Part shown: positions 1-12,300 of the stretch, piece after piece
Layout: each line of letters begins with the position of its first letter
Numbering within the stretch: position 1 is the stretch's first letter
From: Kudoa neothunni
Taxonomy: Eukaryota; Animalia; Cnidaria
Direction: 5' to 3'
NCBI GenBank assembly: GCA_964304625.1
Contig: OZ199839.1
Location: 7,349,779 to 7,413,778 of the forward strand
Length of the DNA stretch: 64,000 bases
Made by a program: the position numbers and the translations under genes
The notes under the pieces: generated by a model
The model's input: only the letters and a program-made list of their open reading frames with translations
Database searches by the model: none
Told to the model about the DNA's origin: nothing

Positions 1-1780
1 GAGTAGTTTTAACGATATTTATAGCACATATGGTCGTTTTTTTAGTAGGATCATAGGTCGTTTCTACGCCTGCTGACATACACGGATGGGCGATGGGACC
101 ATCGCTTTTTTGTGTCCCTACGTTTTTATTTATTATTAAAACAATATCCTTTACGTTACTATTTATCAAAGAATCATACTTGGATAAGTTGGTTGTAGAT
201 TAATATTTTGATATGATATGCAGAAGCGCATCTAAAAGTGTTAGCAAAGACATAATGTTGGTTGTTGTTATATGTAACTCTGTATATGAGTGACTCAGGG
301 TAGTCATTCGGATTTCGAATTTCGGCTCCGATAAATAGAACGTTTTGTTCGAATATCAGCGTCACTGATTGTTTGATTTCCTTGATGCAATTATACAAGC
401 AAACCTAACAAATGTACTTTTTTTCAATATCAATGTTACAAAGACCTAAAATTAGTAGGTCATCATTCCTTTGGTGTAAGATGTCAACTGTTTCCACACC
501 TTGAATATTCAGAATAATCATTGGCCAACTCCTTCCAAGTAGCTTTTATTTCATCAAATTTTTCCTTAAAGTGACTAAAAAATTTATTTCGAATAATAAC
601 AAAATTAAATAACAATTATTGAGTTACTGTTTGCAAAATACTTCTTTACATAATATTTTAAGAAATATCTGACTTTTAGTTACACCTGAAAATATTAGGT
701 TCTGTACTATGTCGTTTAGGAAATTCAAGAAAGTTATCACCTATGCGCATCGTAATAATATAAAATTGTTGAGAATTAATAATAAGAAAATAATGCAATT
801 TTGAATCGAGGCATGAATAAAAATAAACTAAATTGTCGAGATAATGAAAAAGTATTATTAAGACTCAATATATACATATAATAGATTTTTATTTTAATCA
901 CAATTATTATTTGTTATGATATTATATAAAATAACCATAAAATATATCCTCTTCGTATGTAAATATGAGAGGTTGAACTGATGGATCAGGGCTGATTTGT
1001 TTTAATGAGTAATATGATCCCATTATTTTAGTACCATCAAATTCCAAAACGATTCCATACTAAACATGCTATTAAAATTTAGTTTGATTCTTCAGTGTCT
1101 TTACTATGTGCCCATTATCACAGAATATCTCTTTCCAGCCGATAGCATGGATTATGAGAAACAAATGCGAGAAAACTCCCATGAGCAATATCACCCAATA
1201 TTTAATGCTGTAAACGTCTACGAATTTTTGTTATTCTCACGACTAATATTGATTAGGTTTACACTCGTAGAATTGTTATTCATAATACCCTGTTCACAAA
1301 ATCCATGCAATAGTCTCACATATTTACTCTAAGTTAACTTGGCCAAGAGATTACAACAAAAATACTTATAATCATGACTTTATTGAATTTATCTCTCAAA
1401 AAATATGCATTTTTTAATGTTTGTTGTGTTCTTATACAAACTACTGATTCGTTAACTATATTTAACTACGAAATAAACAATAAGTATACCAACAAGGATT
1501 TGCTATATCCATATTTAATTCTGATTAAACAGATATCTCAACAATAATTCAAAAATCCTCGATTTAAATAGTTGTCCAAATTATTATACTAGAAGGAGCT
1601 TGATTATCGTCAGAATTGTGCTATTTTTTAAATAACTTCAAAGTAATTATCAAACATGTGTATATGATTTGTGCGCACCTCTGTGTACGAATGGGTAAAC
1701 AAATTCATTAATTATTACGCGAATTGATTAACTTTTAACGGGACTGGAAATATTTGATCATAGTAGAACATGGTTAATTC

Positions 1781-2955
1781 TAGGGGTTAAGATGGGTTCG
1801 GCTTTTGACAAAACCGAAAATCCAAATCCGATTTTGAACATTTATTTCTTAATTAATATAAATTAGCTTTTATTATTAATTCATAAAGTCTTAAATAAGT
1901 AAACGCGTCTTTAAAATAGTAAAAGGGACAACAATATTTTTGAATGACGTGTTTTAACAGGGAACGAATTTTGTATTTAGTATTTCAGGAATTGTATCTG
2001 GTATTTGGAGCTGTTTTGTTAGTCTTTCTAATAAAGAGCAAAATGTAATAAATAAGACTTCTACCCACCTACAATTGAGGATTTCTCGTATATTGACGGA
2101 ACCAATGCAGATATTTTAAAAATTAAATTTATCAAATGCTGTTTTAAACTATGCACCATTTGGTCCGATATATTTATGTTTTTAAAATTCGATTCAAACA
2201 TTTGTATAAAAAATATTTTTCTAGAAAAGACTGTAAATTTGGAGCTAGGAAGACGCAGTTAATTTCATAGAACTGAATGATCAAATCCATAACTATGAAC
2301 CTTCCGAATATGAGATAAATTTAGACAATTTGATAAATTACGTGCCCAGACCAAACAGAACAAAATATTGTTCGCATTTAGCGAAATTATAAATTTTATT
2401 AATCGCGGTGTGGCATCAGATCATTTAGAAAGGGTTCGTAAAACTCCTTCTAATGTTAGACCCCACACCACGAGTGTTGACTCAGACAGATGTTTTACCT
2501 TATACAACCGTGCTATTTCCCCGTTTAGAACAAAATTGAACTACTCGAAACTTGAAACCATTGTGTTTATTTATGAAAATAGAAATAATTCAATTGGAAA
2601 TTGAAACATGGAATCAACTATTATGTGTTTGAAATTATTTTATCGTAAAGATTTATAATCGTTTTTTAAATGCATTAAAAAATAATTTTAAACAATAAAA
2701 TTAATTAAAACAATTAAAGATGGTATAGAATTTAATTCAATTGTAAAATAATTCAAAATCTTTTTTTTAAAGCATATTTTAAACAAAGAACGATTAAAAT
2801 AAGGTTTCAACCAATCACATTTTTACATATTTTTTGGATGAAAAAAAATTGACATTGATAATTGGGAAAATTAGTTACAAAACCAAAAACCGTTTCTGAA
2901 ATGATCGAAACTGAAATAATGAACCGAAACCGAACCGTCTTGTCTTAACCCCTTA
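1781..2955 (+). mobile_element. Decayed, internally deleted hAT DNA transposon
   Basis: Left end TAGGGGTTAAGATGGGTTCGG (1781) is inverted at CCGAACCGTCTTGTCTTAACCCCTTA (~2930-2955). ORF 2368-2604 carries a hAT C-terminal dimerisation-like motif (TTSVDSDRCF...ISPFRTKL..SKLETIVFIYEN). Flanks GTTAATTC / CTTAATAC resemble a degraded 8-bp TSD. Confidence 0.75.
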
Positions 2956-3148
2956 CCTTAATACTCCAATGAATTTTGGGATAATAAGTTACCCCAGATT
3001 TTTTTTATCCACCAATTGATAAATAAATGTTACTTATTAAATATTTCAATTATTAAGTTATCTGACGGATAAATTTGAAATTATACCGTTATTACCTTCT
3101 AGAATGTGATCACGTGACGCCACATCTATCTCCTATTATATAAAGTAA

Positions 3149-3791
3149 CTAGCGCAAAAACCCCGCTTCGCTTGGGTTTCCTTTCCCGACCACGCTGACT
3201 TTGGCCTGGTATGGGCCAAGATCATTTTATGTTAAGAGTCAATTATAATTATTTTATCGCTCTTTTGACAGCAGTGTTATTCGATATAATTATTGATATC
3301 CCAGTCCTCTTCATTTTCTTATTTATTAGATTATTTTGATTTAGGAATCATAAGTTCTTGCAACTCGTGTGGCTTGTTAATCTCCGTTTTAAATAACAAA
3401 TCTTCGCTTACACCGAGTCCCGCCTACCCATCAACGAACGTTGTAGACCTTGTTAACTTAGTTTAAAGTGTAAAAAGAGTAAAGCTAAAGTTTCAGGTGT
3501 ATTTAAATAATATCAATTAAAGTTATATACGCATATTATTGAACATTATAGCGAATCACATGATCAAGTAATCTTATAATTGTCAGCACTAATCTCTTTA
3601 CAAAAAGTTTACATTACAAATTCGCCACTTTATAAGAAAGCTGACAACCCCTTTGTATTTTGTTAGTTATTTTGTATTTTTTAAAGTATACTAAGAAACT
3701 CAAAAAGTCTAAAAAGTCTCTGTATGTGGAGAGGATTAGTGCACACGGACACCACTACTTTATATATATATATATATATATAGAAGATAGA
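3149..3791 (-). mobile_element. Non-autonomous Helitron (copy H1)
   Basis: On the minus strand it starts A|TCTATCTTCTATATA..(TA)n..AAAG and ends GGAAACCCAAGCGAAGCGGGGTTTTTGCGCTAG|T (hairpin plus CTAG). It sits between A and T with no TSD. The same 3' terminus recurs at 14274 and 48681. Confidence 0.8.
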
Positions 3792-4540
3792 TATATTTAC
3801 AACCATTCTTTATTAAAAATTGATAATAGAGTAGCTTGAAAAGGATTTTAACTTATAAGTATGAATAGGAGTCAGAACCAAAAAAGTGCCATGTTCGATT
3901 GAGTAACCCTATATAAATTGAAGTCTATGAATTATGAGTAAAAAAATATACGAAAATGTGTATGATGCATTATAGAAGAATAATGCCAACTATTAATTAT
4001 ACGCTTCCCGAATCGTTTTAATTTTCGCATTCTCTACCACTTATGAGGACAACTCCGCATCCTTTCTCAAAAATAAATTTACGACGGATTTATTTTTAGG
4101 TGAGAAAAATGCTTCATTGAAATTAAATTAAAAAGCAATCTACTTGAATGGGAAAACAGTTGTAAATAAAACATATACAATTGATAATAAAATAAATTTT
4201 AGACAATACTCAAGGTAGAAATGAGTTCACTTTTTAAATAGATATACACTATCATATTATTATAGGGTTTTCCGAGCTTTAACAACACTGTGTCAAGCAT
4301 TAACTACACGGTTTAAGGGTTTGTTGCATTAACTAATAAAAGAAATAATTTGAACTTTTTTAACAAGTCGAGATTAAAAACAAAATTTTTATACACAACG
4401 ATAAACGTGATTCAGCCTAAATAAAATAAACTTTACTAAATTAACACAGCACTAGATGTAACCCAAGATTAATTACAAATTCCGCAGTTTTGATGCGCGT
4501 ATAAAATAATAATGTCAAATCAGGAGGATATAATATATAA

Positions 4541-5529
4541 TCATCTTGAAGATGATAATTTATATTTATTCCATAATAATTTCTCTGTTGAGACATCTGG
4601 AAACATATCGAAGCATCTTTCGATAGTGTATCCGGAACAATCATCAGGGGTGATAATTTTGAACCCATCATCTATCAGATCTAAAAGATCAGGTTCAACC
4701 CTTGCTGAACCCCGTATAACATGGTTCTTCCATTTACTGAACACATTTTCGATCGGGTTCAAAAATGGCGAATATGGAGGCAGATACATCAATGTTAATT
4801 GCATAGAGTTCAGCACATCTGTGAGTCCACGATAATGATGAATTCTCGTGTTGTCCAATATGAAGCATGGATTATCTATTTCGATCGAATGACAAAAATC
4901 TGCTGGCGCAATAAGGTATTGCTTAAAATCTTCTCTATTCACTGGTCGCCGGTTAACTTCATAAAAAGACATACCGTATTTACTCATAAAGGCTATAACG
5001 GATATGTTCCTTGTTCTAACGCCTCCAACAGGAACGTAAGCTGATGTACCAGCAAGGGGACGACCTTTTCTAGTTGGTGTAGATACACTAAACCCAACTT
5101 AATCAATAAAAATGAAATTTTTATCTTCTATTTCAAGAATTTTTGAGTTGAAGTTTTGAGCATACACAAGGCGCTGCCCTAAACTATTCTCACAATTCCT
5201 TCGCTCAGGGACAATTGTAACTATTTTTAACGAATAGTGGAATTGTTTCAAGCATCTGTTAATAGTGCTCGCACTTACGCTTACTTCACATTCGTCAATT
5301 AATTTCAGGCGAAGGGCTTTGAGAGTAATTGTTGCGTCTTCGTCCACCCAATTTATAATCAACAACTTTTGTTCATCAGTTAGCTTTGTGGAATAATCGC
5401 CACCCCGCTTTAAAGATTCGACCTTTCCGTCAATTAGGTAGACTTTTACAATTGAAGCAACGGTGCATCGATGTACACCGACGTTTTCTGCAATTATAGA
5501 GTTGCTATATTTTTTTTCACATTGGTTAA
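4541..5529 (-). pseudogene. DD34E transposase pseudogene (DDE_3 family); its 5'-most codons continue at ~7579-7670 beyond the pogo insertion
   Basis: HTH region (SIIAENVGVHRCTVASIVK; WVDEDATITLKALRLKL..VSASTINRCL). First Asp lies in FIFID followed by a premature TAA. LDNTRIHH...YLPPYSPFLNPIE has 34 residues between D and E. Frameshifts near 5510 and ~4625. Confidence 0.88.
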
Positions 5530-5531
5530 TA

Positions 5532-7576
5532 CAGTCGAGATTGGATATTGCGTGACTGGATATTGCGTAATTAGAGATTTTTAAAGTTATCCTTTAAAGA
5601 GAGAAATTTAGTTTTTTCAAATTGTTATTATCTTATTGTAATGTAAAAATATTTGTTAACAAAAAATTTAAAAAAATTTATTAATACAAAAAGTCTCGTT
5701 ATTGCGTGGAAATTTTTTATTGCGTGGTTGTTAGGCGCAGCGTGACTCGTTATTGCGTGGTTTTTTGTGGTCAATTGGTTTAATTCAGATAGTGTTTTTT
5801 CATTATGTCCCGTGAACAACGCAATATTTCAGAGAAAATGGAAATCATCCATTACTACAATTCAATAAAAACGTTGAAGGGTGCGAAATCAATGACAATT
5901 TCCAAGTTTAAATTGAGTGCTATAGTAGTCTTCTAATGAATAGTATTGTAAAATCACATTTAAGGTCATTCAACACTTGATAGAATTCTTTCGCACGAAG
6001 ATAAATTCAAAAATACAGATATTGAAAGTAAAAGGAAGAGACATTCGGCAGGCAGATTCAAAAATATAGACGATGAAGTGTATGATTGGTTTGTTAAACA
6101 ACGGTCGAATGGTAACGTTCTGTCAGGAGATGCCATTATCAAAAAAGCTTCTTATATTGCAAATGAAAACAAAGTTTCCAATTTTAAAGCCAGCAAGGGA
6201 TGGCTTGCAGGGTTCAAGTCAAGATATGGGATAGTTTTCAAAAAGTTCCATGGCGAGGCTGCGAGTGCAGATGTTGCATCTGTCGACTCATGGATTATTG
6301 AGAACATTGATTTGATTAGAGCATATAATCCAAAAGACGTTATTAACATCGACGAAACTGCTCTTTATTATGAGCAGTTACAAAATAGTAGTTACGTTTT
6401 AAAGGAGGAAGTCGGGATTAAGGGGAAAAAATTATCCAAAAAAAGGGTGACTGTTTTACTGTCCTCAGCTTTAAATGGGGATAAGTTCCCATTAGTTGTT
6501 ATCGGGAAATTTCAAAATCCTAGATGTTTTAAAAGAGTCAAACACCTCCCTTGTGAATATTATGCACAAAAAAGTGCATGGATGACTTCTAGTATATTTA
6601 TCGAAATAATGAAAAAGTTTAACCGAAGGATGATAAATCAGAATAGAAAAGTCTTAATTTTGTTGGACCAATGTCCAGGCCATCCAAAAAATATTGATTG
6701 CTTTGAAAATATCAAATTTTTGTTCTTACCTAAAAATACAACTAGTATTTTACAACCCCTTGATTTAGGCATCATTCGCTGCCTTAAAAGCAGGTACAAA
6801 AGTTCAATGACCGAGCGAATGGTTTTATGCGAAGATTCTATCATAAAAAAATATACATTGCTTGACTCAATGATAACATTAACTAAATGTTGGGAAAGTA
6901 TTCCGCCGCAAATTATTATTAATTGCTTTAAAAAATCAAAAATATTTGGAGGTATTAAATAAAATTACGACAATAAAGTTATTATCAGTTTATAGACCAA
7001 GAAGATGTGAGTGAGATACCTCAAATCAGCAACTGTTCTCAAGGTAATATTTAACGTATACGTAATTAATTTTTTCTAGATGAAATCGAAGATTCAGAAA
7101 ATATGTTTGATGACGATTATGAAGCAACATGCGAGGAAGAAAATAATGAGGACTTATTGCCCATAAGTGACGAATCTGACGATAGCGAATCAATCATTGA
7201 AGACATCAAAGTTTCAATTAATCAAATGAAAAATGCAGTGAACGTTCTGAGGGAAGCTTTTATTAAAGAGGATCCGAGGGGATTGTTTGATTTACATCCC
7301 ATAATGGACCGAGTTTTAAAAATATCAAGAGAAAGATTCCGACAAACTAAAATTACAAGCTTTTTCGACAAAATTTGATAAATCACATTTCATTTAATTA
7401 AATAATATATTTATATATAAAAATTTGATTTTCACTAATTGGCATCGGACGTAAACACGAAAAAATCATATTTTATAGTACAATGCGCACGCAAAGGTCT
7501 GGATATTGCGTAAAAATTTTTTATTGCGTGGGTTTTTGTTGGTCCCAGAAACCCACGCAATATCCAATCTCGACTG
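5532..7576 (+). mobile_element. pogo/Tigger DNA transposon, full length, apparently intact
   Basis: Perfect 23-bp TIRs CAGTCGAGATTGGATATTGCGTG (5532-5554 / 7554-7576). TA target duplication at 5530-5531 and 7577-7578. Length 2045 bp. Confidence 0.95.
5805..7378 (+). CDS. pogo/Tigger (CENP-B-like, DD31D) transposase, 4 exons, 481 aa
   Basis: Exons 5805-5916, 5965-6951, 6996-7043 and 7080-7378 join through GT-AG introns of 48, 44 and 36 nt into one frame (1446 nt). Motifs: N-terminal HTH (KFKLSHSTLDRIL), CENP-B HTH (VYDWF..QR; FKASKGWLAGFKSRYGI), DDE_1 triad (IDETAL, LDQCPGH, LQPLDLG), acidic tail and PIP box QTKITSFF. Confidence 0.92.
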
Positions 7577-9363
7577 TAATCAATGACCTCGTGACATTTG
7601 AGAATCGTTACTGGTATCTTTTTTATTTCATAAATATTATACAAATCAACTGTTATACATTATTACCACTCATTTGATATATTCTGAATTATAAATATGA
7701 ATTCTCTACTTAATTAGATTCCAAATTTAGACACGTGCTGTTAATGCTTGACTCAGTGTTGTTAAAGCTCGAAAAACCTTATATTATTAATTAACTTGAT
7801 ATTTAATATTTTAGCGGGATATTTTAGATTTTGTATTTTTTAGTTTTAACTAATAATTTGCGAATAAACTTGAATCCTACATTTTAATTTGTGTATATTT
7901 TGAATGCGAACTCATTTGTACTCAACTTATAAAAATTAAAAATAATACAATTTATTTGATACTTGATCTTAGGCTAGAATTTAAAATATGCAATCCAATT
8001 ATTATTAATTAAATTGGTTGTAAAACATTTTATAGGCGTTTAAATTTCCCATAATTAATTAATTAATTTTTTATTTGATTATTGTTTATTAAAATCAAGC
8101 AATTTGTTTATGGATGAACAATAATTACAATATCTCATTTTTTAAATTCATAAAAAAAGAAAATGATATATTTCAAACGTATAATCTTTTTAATTAAAAA
8201 TTCAAATGATTTAACTGAAAATTCTATACTTATTTTACCTAAGATTAAGCACGGATCGCAATCGTACATATTTTAGTCGAGAAAGATTCCAGTTACGTAG
8301 GATCGGTGCATTACGTTCGAAATATGCTCAACCTCACAAATATTTCCTCTTTATCGATGGGTGGGAATCCGACCCCTTATAACTGCTTCCTGGAACCCTT
8401 GAGATTCGAGAGCCTCCAATCGAGAGTCTGCCTTATTAGATGAATTATAATCTCTCGTCAATCTTTTTATTCGTCCATATAATTCATCCCTAATACTACG
8501 CATTCAATCTCTACTTAGAACAACAAACTTTCTCTAGGATTCACAACTTAGGAATATGAGGTATTTCTTAATTTATTTTTGAAAAAATAAAAAATTTAAT
8601 TAATCAGTTATACCATAATTATAATTTAATTTATATTTTTTATACCGACTTTTAAATAGGAATACCACACACAGGAATAAAGAAATATCTATATTTGATT
8701 CAATTCAATTCAAAAAACATAGGCATAACAAATAAATTTCTAAAAGAAATAAGTCATTTTTACCATTTATAACTATCTTTGAATTTTTTAAATGAAAAAT
8801 TCTTGTTAGCCAAAAAATCAAGACCTTGCGAATTCGCGATATCAGGTGATCATCCCATTATGAACTTAATCATTAAAGCGGTTAGATATATTTATAAAAT
8901 CTAATAATTTTTTGTCAAACCGAACTCTTATGACTATGCTTAATAAATTGAAAAACATATCTATCTTTAAACTTTTGAAAATTTGGTATATTTCTATAAC
9001 TGTTCAGTCCCAATGTTGTTTAATGCCTAGAAGTTATATAGAAACCTATTTCAAAAAGAGGAGAAAAAGATCTATAGTTCCTTTTGCAAACATCGTTAAT
9101 ATTGTGTTTGGAAAATGTAGCGAGCGAAAGTTAGACACGTTTTTGAATTACATAAAATAATAAAATAACCATATTTAAAATAATAAAACAATACATAACA
9201 ATGCTAGGTATCTTAATATGAATAGCATTGTTGTTGTTGTCACCGTTGTGTTGCAATTATTGTAAAACTACCAACTCTATAGACAGGTGATGATTAGGTA
9301 TCTAACAGAAATCAACAAACTAAAGCAGAAACAGCTAAATCAAGTGAATAATCTGTGTTGAGA

Positions 9364-12300
9364 TCAGTAATTGGTATTCCAATGAAGGTGTGATTTTAGT
9401 CGTTTAAAAAGTGGGTTTTTAAACATCCACCCATCAGATGAGTTCGCTTCAAAATACTAAAAAATAAGCGGGTTAATTAGGTGATTATGTTTTGTACTAC
9501 TAAATCAATAATATACAGCAGGATGATAGGTTTCGCTGCTTTCTTTCCGCTTTTTAGCTTCTTCCCTTTGTTTGTCCTCAATCTTGCGAATACCATTCAT
9601 TAAATAATTGAATTTCTACCGTTACATATTTACCATTGATTTGAATTTTGTCGCATCTTTTATGTCTCCGATCTTGAGTGAATCAGTGACATTTTTCCAT
9701 ATACTAAAAGAGTGATAATAAAAGATATGGTTGAGTAGAACAACAACAGTGAAACACTAATTGTCCGAAATTCTATTGACTCCGATTTTTCTAAATTTTA
9801 TTCTGACGTTAATAAATACAATTCCATGTAAATGTTTTTTCTATAAAAATTCGATTAAAAGTAAGCGTGTTGCAAACGCTCCCTCGTAATTGAAGTGTTT
9901 ATTAATTAGTCCATAAAACTTTGATCCTATCTGTGTAGGTGTATTAATGAAATTTTGCTAATTTTCAACAACTCAAAACACTATACAAAGAACATTAAGA
10001 GTTGCCTAAAATAAACTATGGCAGATAATAAAGAATGAACTGTATCTTTAATTCATAAATAGAAGCTTTCTGGATTAAAAATAACACTCGTGCAAATTTA
10101 CACGGCATTTAACATTTGACATTAAAACTTTTCGACCCAGTATAAAAAGTTTCTCTTACTCAAACTCTAAATCATCATCTTATGAATAATGATGATGTAG
10201 AGAATGGTAGTTTTATTTGACAATTAGAGTATCACTGTATATGTGAGGTTTAGGGTGAATTGTGAGAAAAATATCATACGTTCTTGATTCATTGGGATTT
10301 TGTTGGGACAGTGAACGAACATATTTTCTACATGTAGGTTCGGTAATAGTATTAAAAAATTCTTCGGTCACATTTGTTTCATTCTACCGCACAAAGTCAA
10401 CAACTACTCGATCTACGACCAACTAAACTCGAACTACATTTTTTATATTCATGACACCATTCCACTCTCCACTGATAGTGTAGATCGGTTTTTTGTTAAC
10501 GCCATCGTACACATGACCGGATATGCGATGTCGTTTTCCACTATAAAAAGGCTAACGAGAGCTAATTACAACCCGACTTGCGTGTAAAATCACTCATTTA
10601 CTTTTGTATGAAATTCAACACAACAATGCATTCCAGTTTGTTCGCAGCTTATCTTACAAGAACCGCCAAACTCAAACCATGGCACAGTGAGGATATTTCT
10701 CCCGTAGCCGCTAGGGAGTGTTAGCACGTACTCCTCGTGATGATCCATCAAATATAGCACTCCATTGCCAATGTTATGCACACCAATAGACAGTCCTAAA
10801 AACTTGGACTTTGTCCACAGGTGACAATTAAAGCAAACTCCATGCTCTTCACTCTCAGCATATATTCCACTAACTACAATCAACATAAATAGAATTAAGA
10901 AAGATGACCAATATATAGAAAGCTATAAGGCGACCAGATATTTTCACCTCAAACAACACAACATCGGACAAAATCTTTTCAGCCAAAAAAATGCTAAAAA
11001 CACTTAACATATATATTTAAAAAACGTGTCTGTTAACTCTTAAAGCTGACCTTGGTATCCTCCAAGCGTCCACATCTACTGTTTTGATGTAGAAATTATT
11101 AGATTTTTTGTATTTTCACCAAGAGTTTAACTAATTTTAATACATCAGTCGATCGGAAATACTTTTTTAAAGTGGACAAAAACACGTTATTTTTAGAAAT
11201 TTTGACGACCAAATTTATGGACGAATAATACAAACGGGGGATGGTGAATCATAAGGTTGTCTTCAAGGGATTAATTAGCGTATTTATAAAGATTCATTGC
11301 CACTATTCAAATCAAGCAAAAAATTGTTTCACTTTTAAATCGAATAATAAAATCTTTTAAAATAAGAATGCGTTATACGCAAAATATGCATATCGTTGGT
11401 AATTATAAAAAAATAATAGATTTCTGAATATTTACAAACTTTAACAAGGAAAATTGGTCAAAATATGCATCAAAGACACGAATTCAAAAAATAGAACAAA
11501 AAGGGCAAAGGCTATTGGCATGGTAAACATTAATCTTAAAATATACGCTTAATTGTACAATAAAAATTTTTAATCCAATTAGCTCTCGCTCAAAAACTAC
11601 ATATAGATTTAATTTTTTAAATTCTGTTATATTGAATTATTTCTGTCCCGCTGCTTCATTCTTAAGGGCTAGAAATAATTAAATACAGTAAAAATTAGTA
11701 ACCCCTGAATATTATTTGCAGTGCCAATAGCCATTTCAATGAAAAGAATAAATTTGGAATTAAGATGTGCTTTATTTTTGTCTACAATCTAAGAGAGTAA
11801 TCTGATACGCAATATTTGTCATAAATTAACCCTCGAATGCCTTCAGGTGACTATTCAGCGCTTATTATATCAATAGCATAGCTTTTACAAAATGTTTTAT
11901 TTCTTTTTTTCTCGTTGTGTATTTTATATTACAATGGTACTCTTAAAAATACTTAAATAATGGAGTTTTACGTTTAATTTTTTCGCTTAAAATCAACAAA
12001 TGAATAAAAGTTCCAGTTATACAAGAATATGCCCCCCAAACAAAACAACGTTTGGAGAGTTAAAAAATATAAAAAAGCATTTCTGCAGTAGAATAAAAAT
12101 TCTAAATGTACATTGAAGCGAGGAATTTTTTAAAATTCATTTTATTGTTTCCAAAACCACCTTATTCTGTTAACTAATTTAATCTGGCATGTAAATCGTG
12201 CGCAGATTATAATAATTTTGTTAAATTACATATCAACAAAAGTAGCAAAATAAATTAAATAAGGTTGTTTAAAGTTTAATTTGAACTATCTTATCATAAC

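Larger units (their letters stand above)
4263..7781 (-). mobile_element. Tc1/mariner-IS630 superfamily element (DD34E, Gambol-like), inactivated and interrupted by a pogo element
   Basis: ~40-bp TIRs (TAGGGTTTTCCGAGCTTTAACAACACTGTGTCAAGCATTAAC at 4263, inverse at ~7740-7781, 3 mismatches) flanked by TA. Transposase remnants lie on the minus strand. Confidence 0.9.

Noticed and set aside
174-1332. Short ORFs 174-398 and 1066-1332 as genes
   Set aside because: No recognisable motifs or consistent exon chain; possibly decayed TE sequence. A hairpin GCGATGG-GA-CCATCGC near 90-105 may be a TE end, but its partner is not in the window.
4441-7677. Antisense and overlapping ORFs (4441-4671, 4512-4835, 4799-5044, 5628-5819, 6152-6349, 6638-6844, 7435-7644, 7483-7677)
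   Set aside because: Shadow frames of the two transposase genes or their terminal repeats.
8245-8525. Moderately GC-rich island as solo LTR or snRNA
   Set aside because: Ends in CAACA but has no matching TG start, no TSD and no snRNA consensus; left unclassified.
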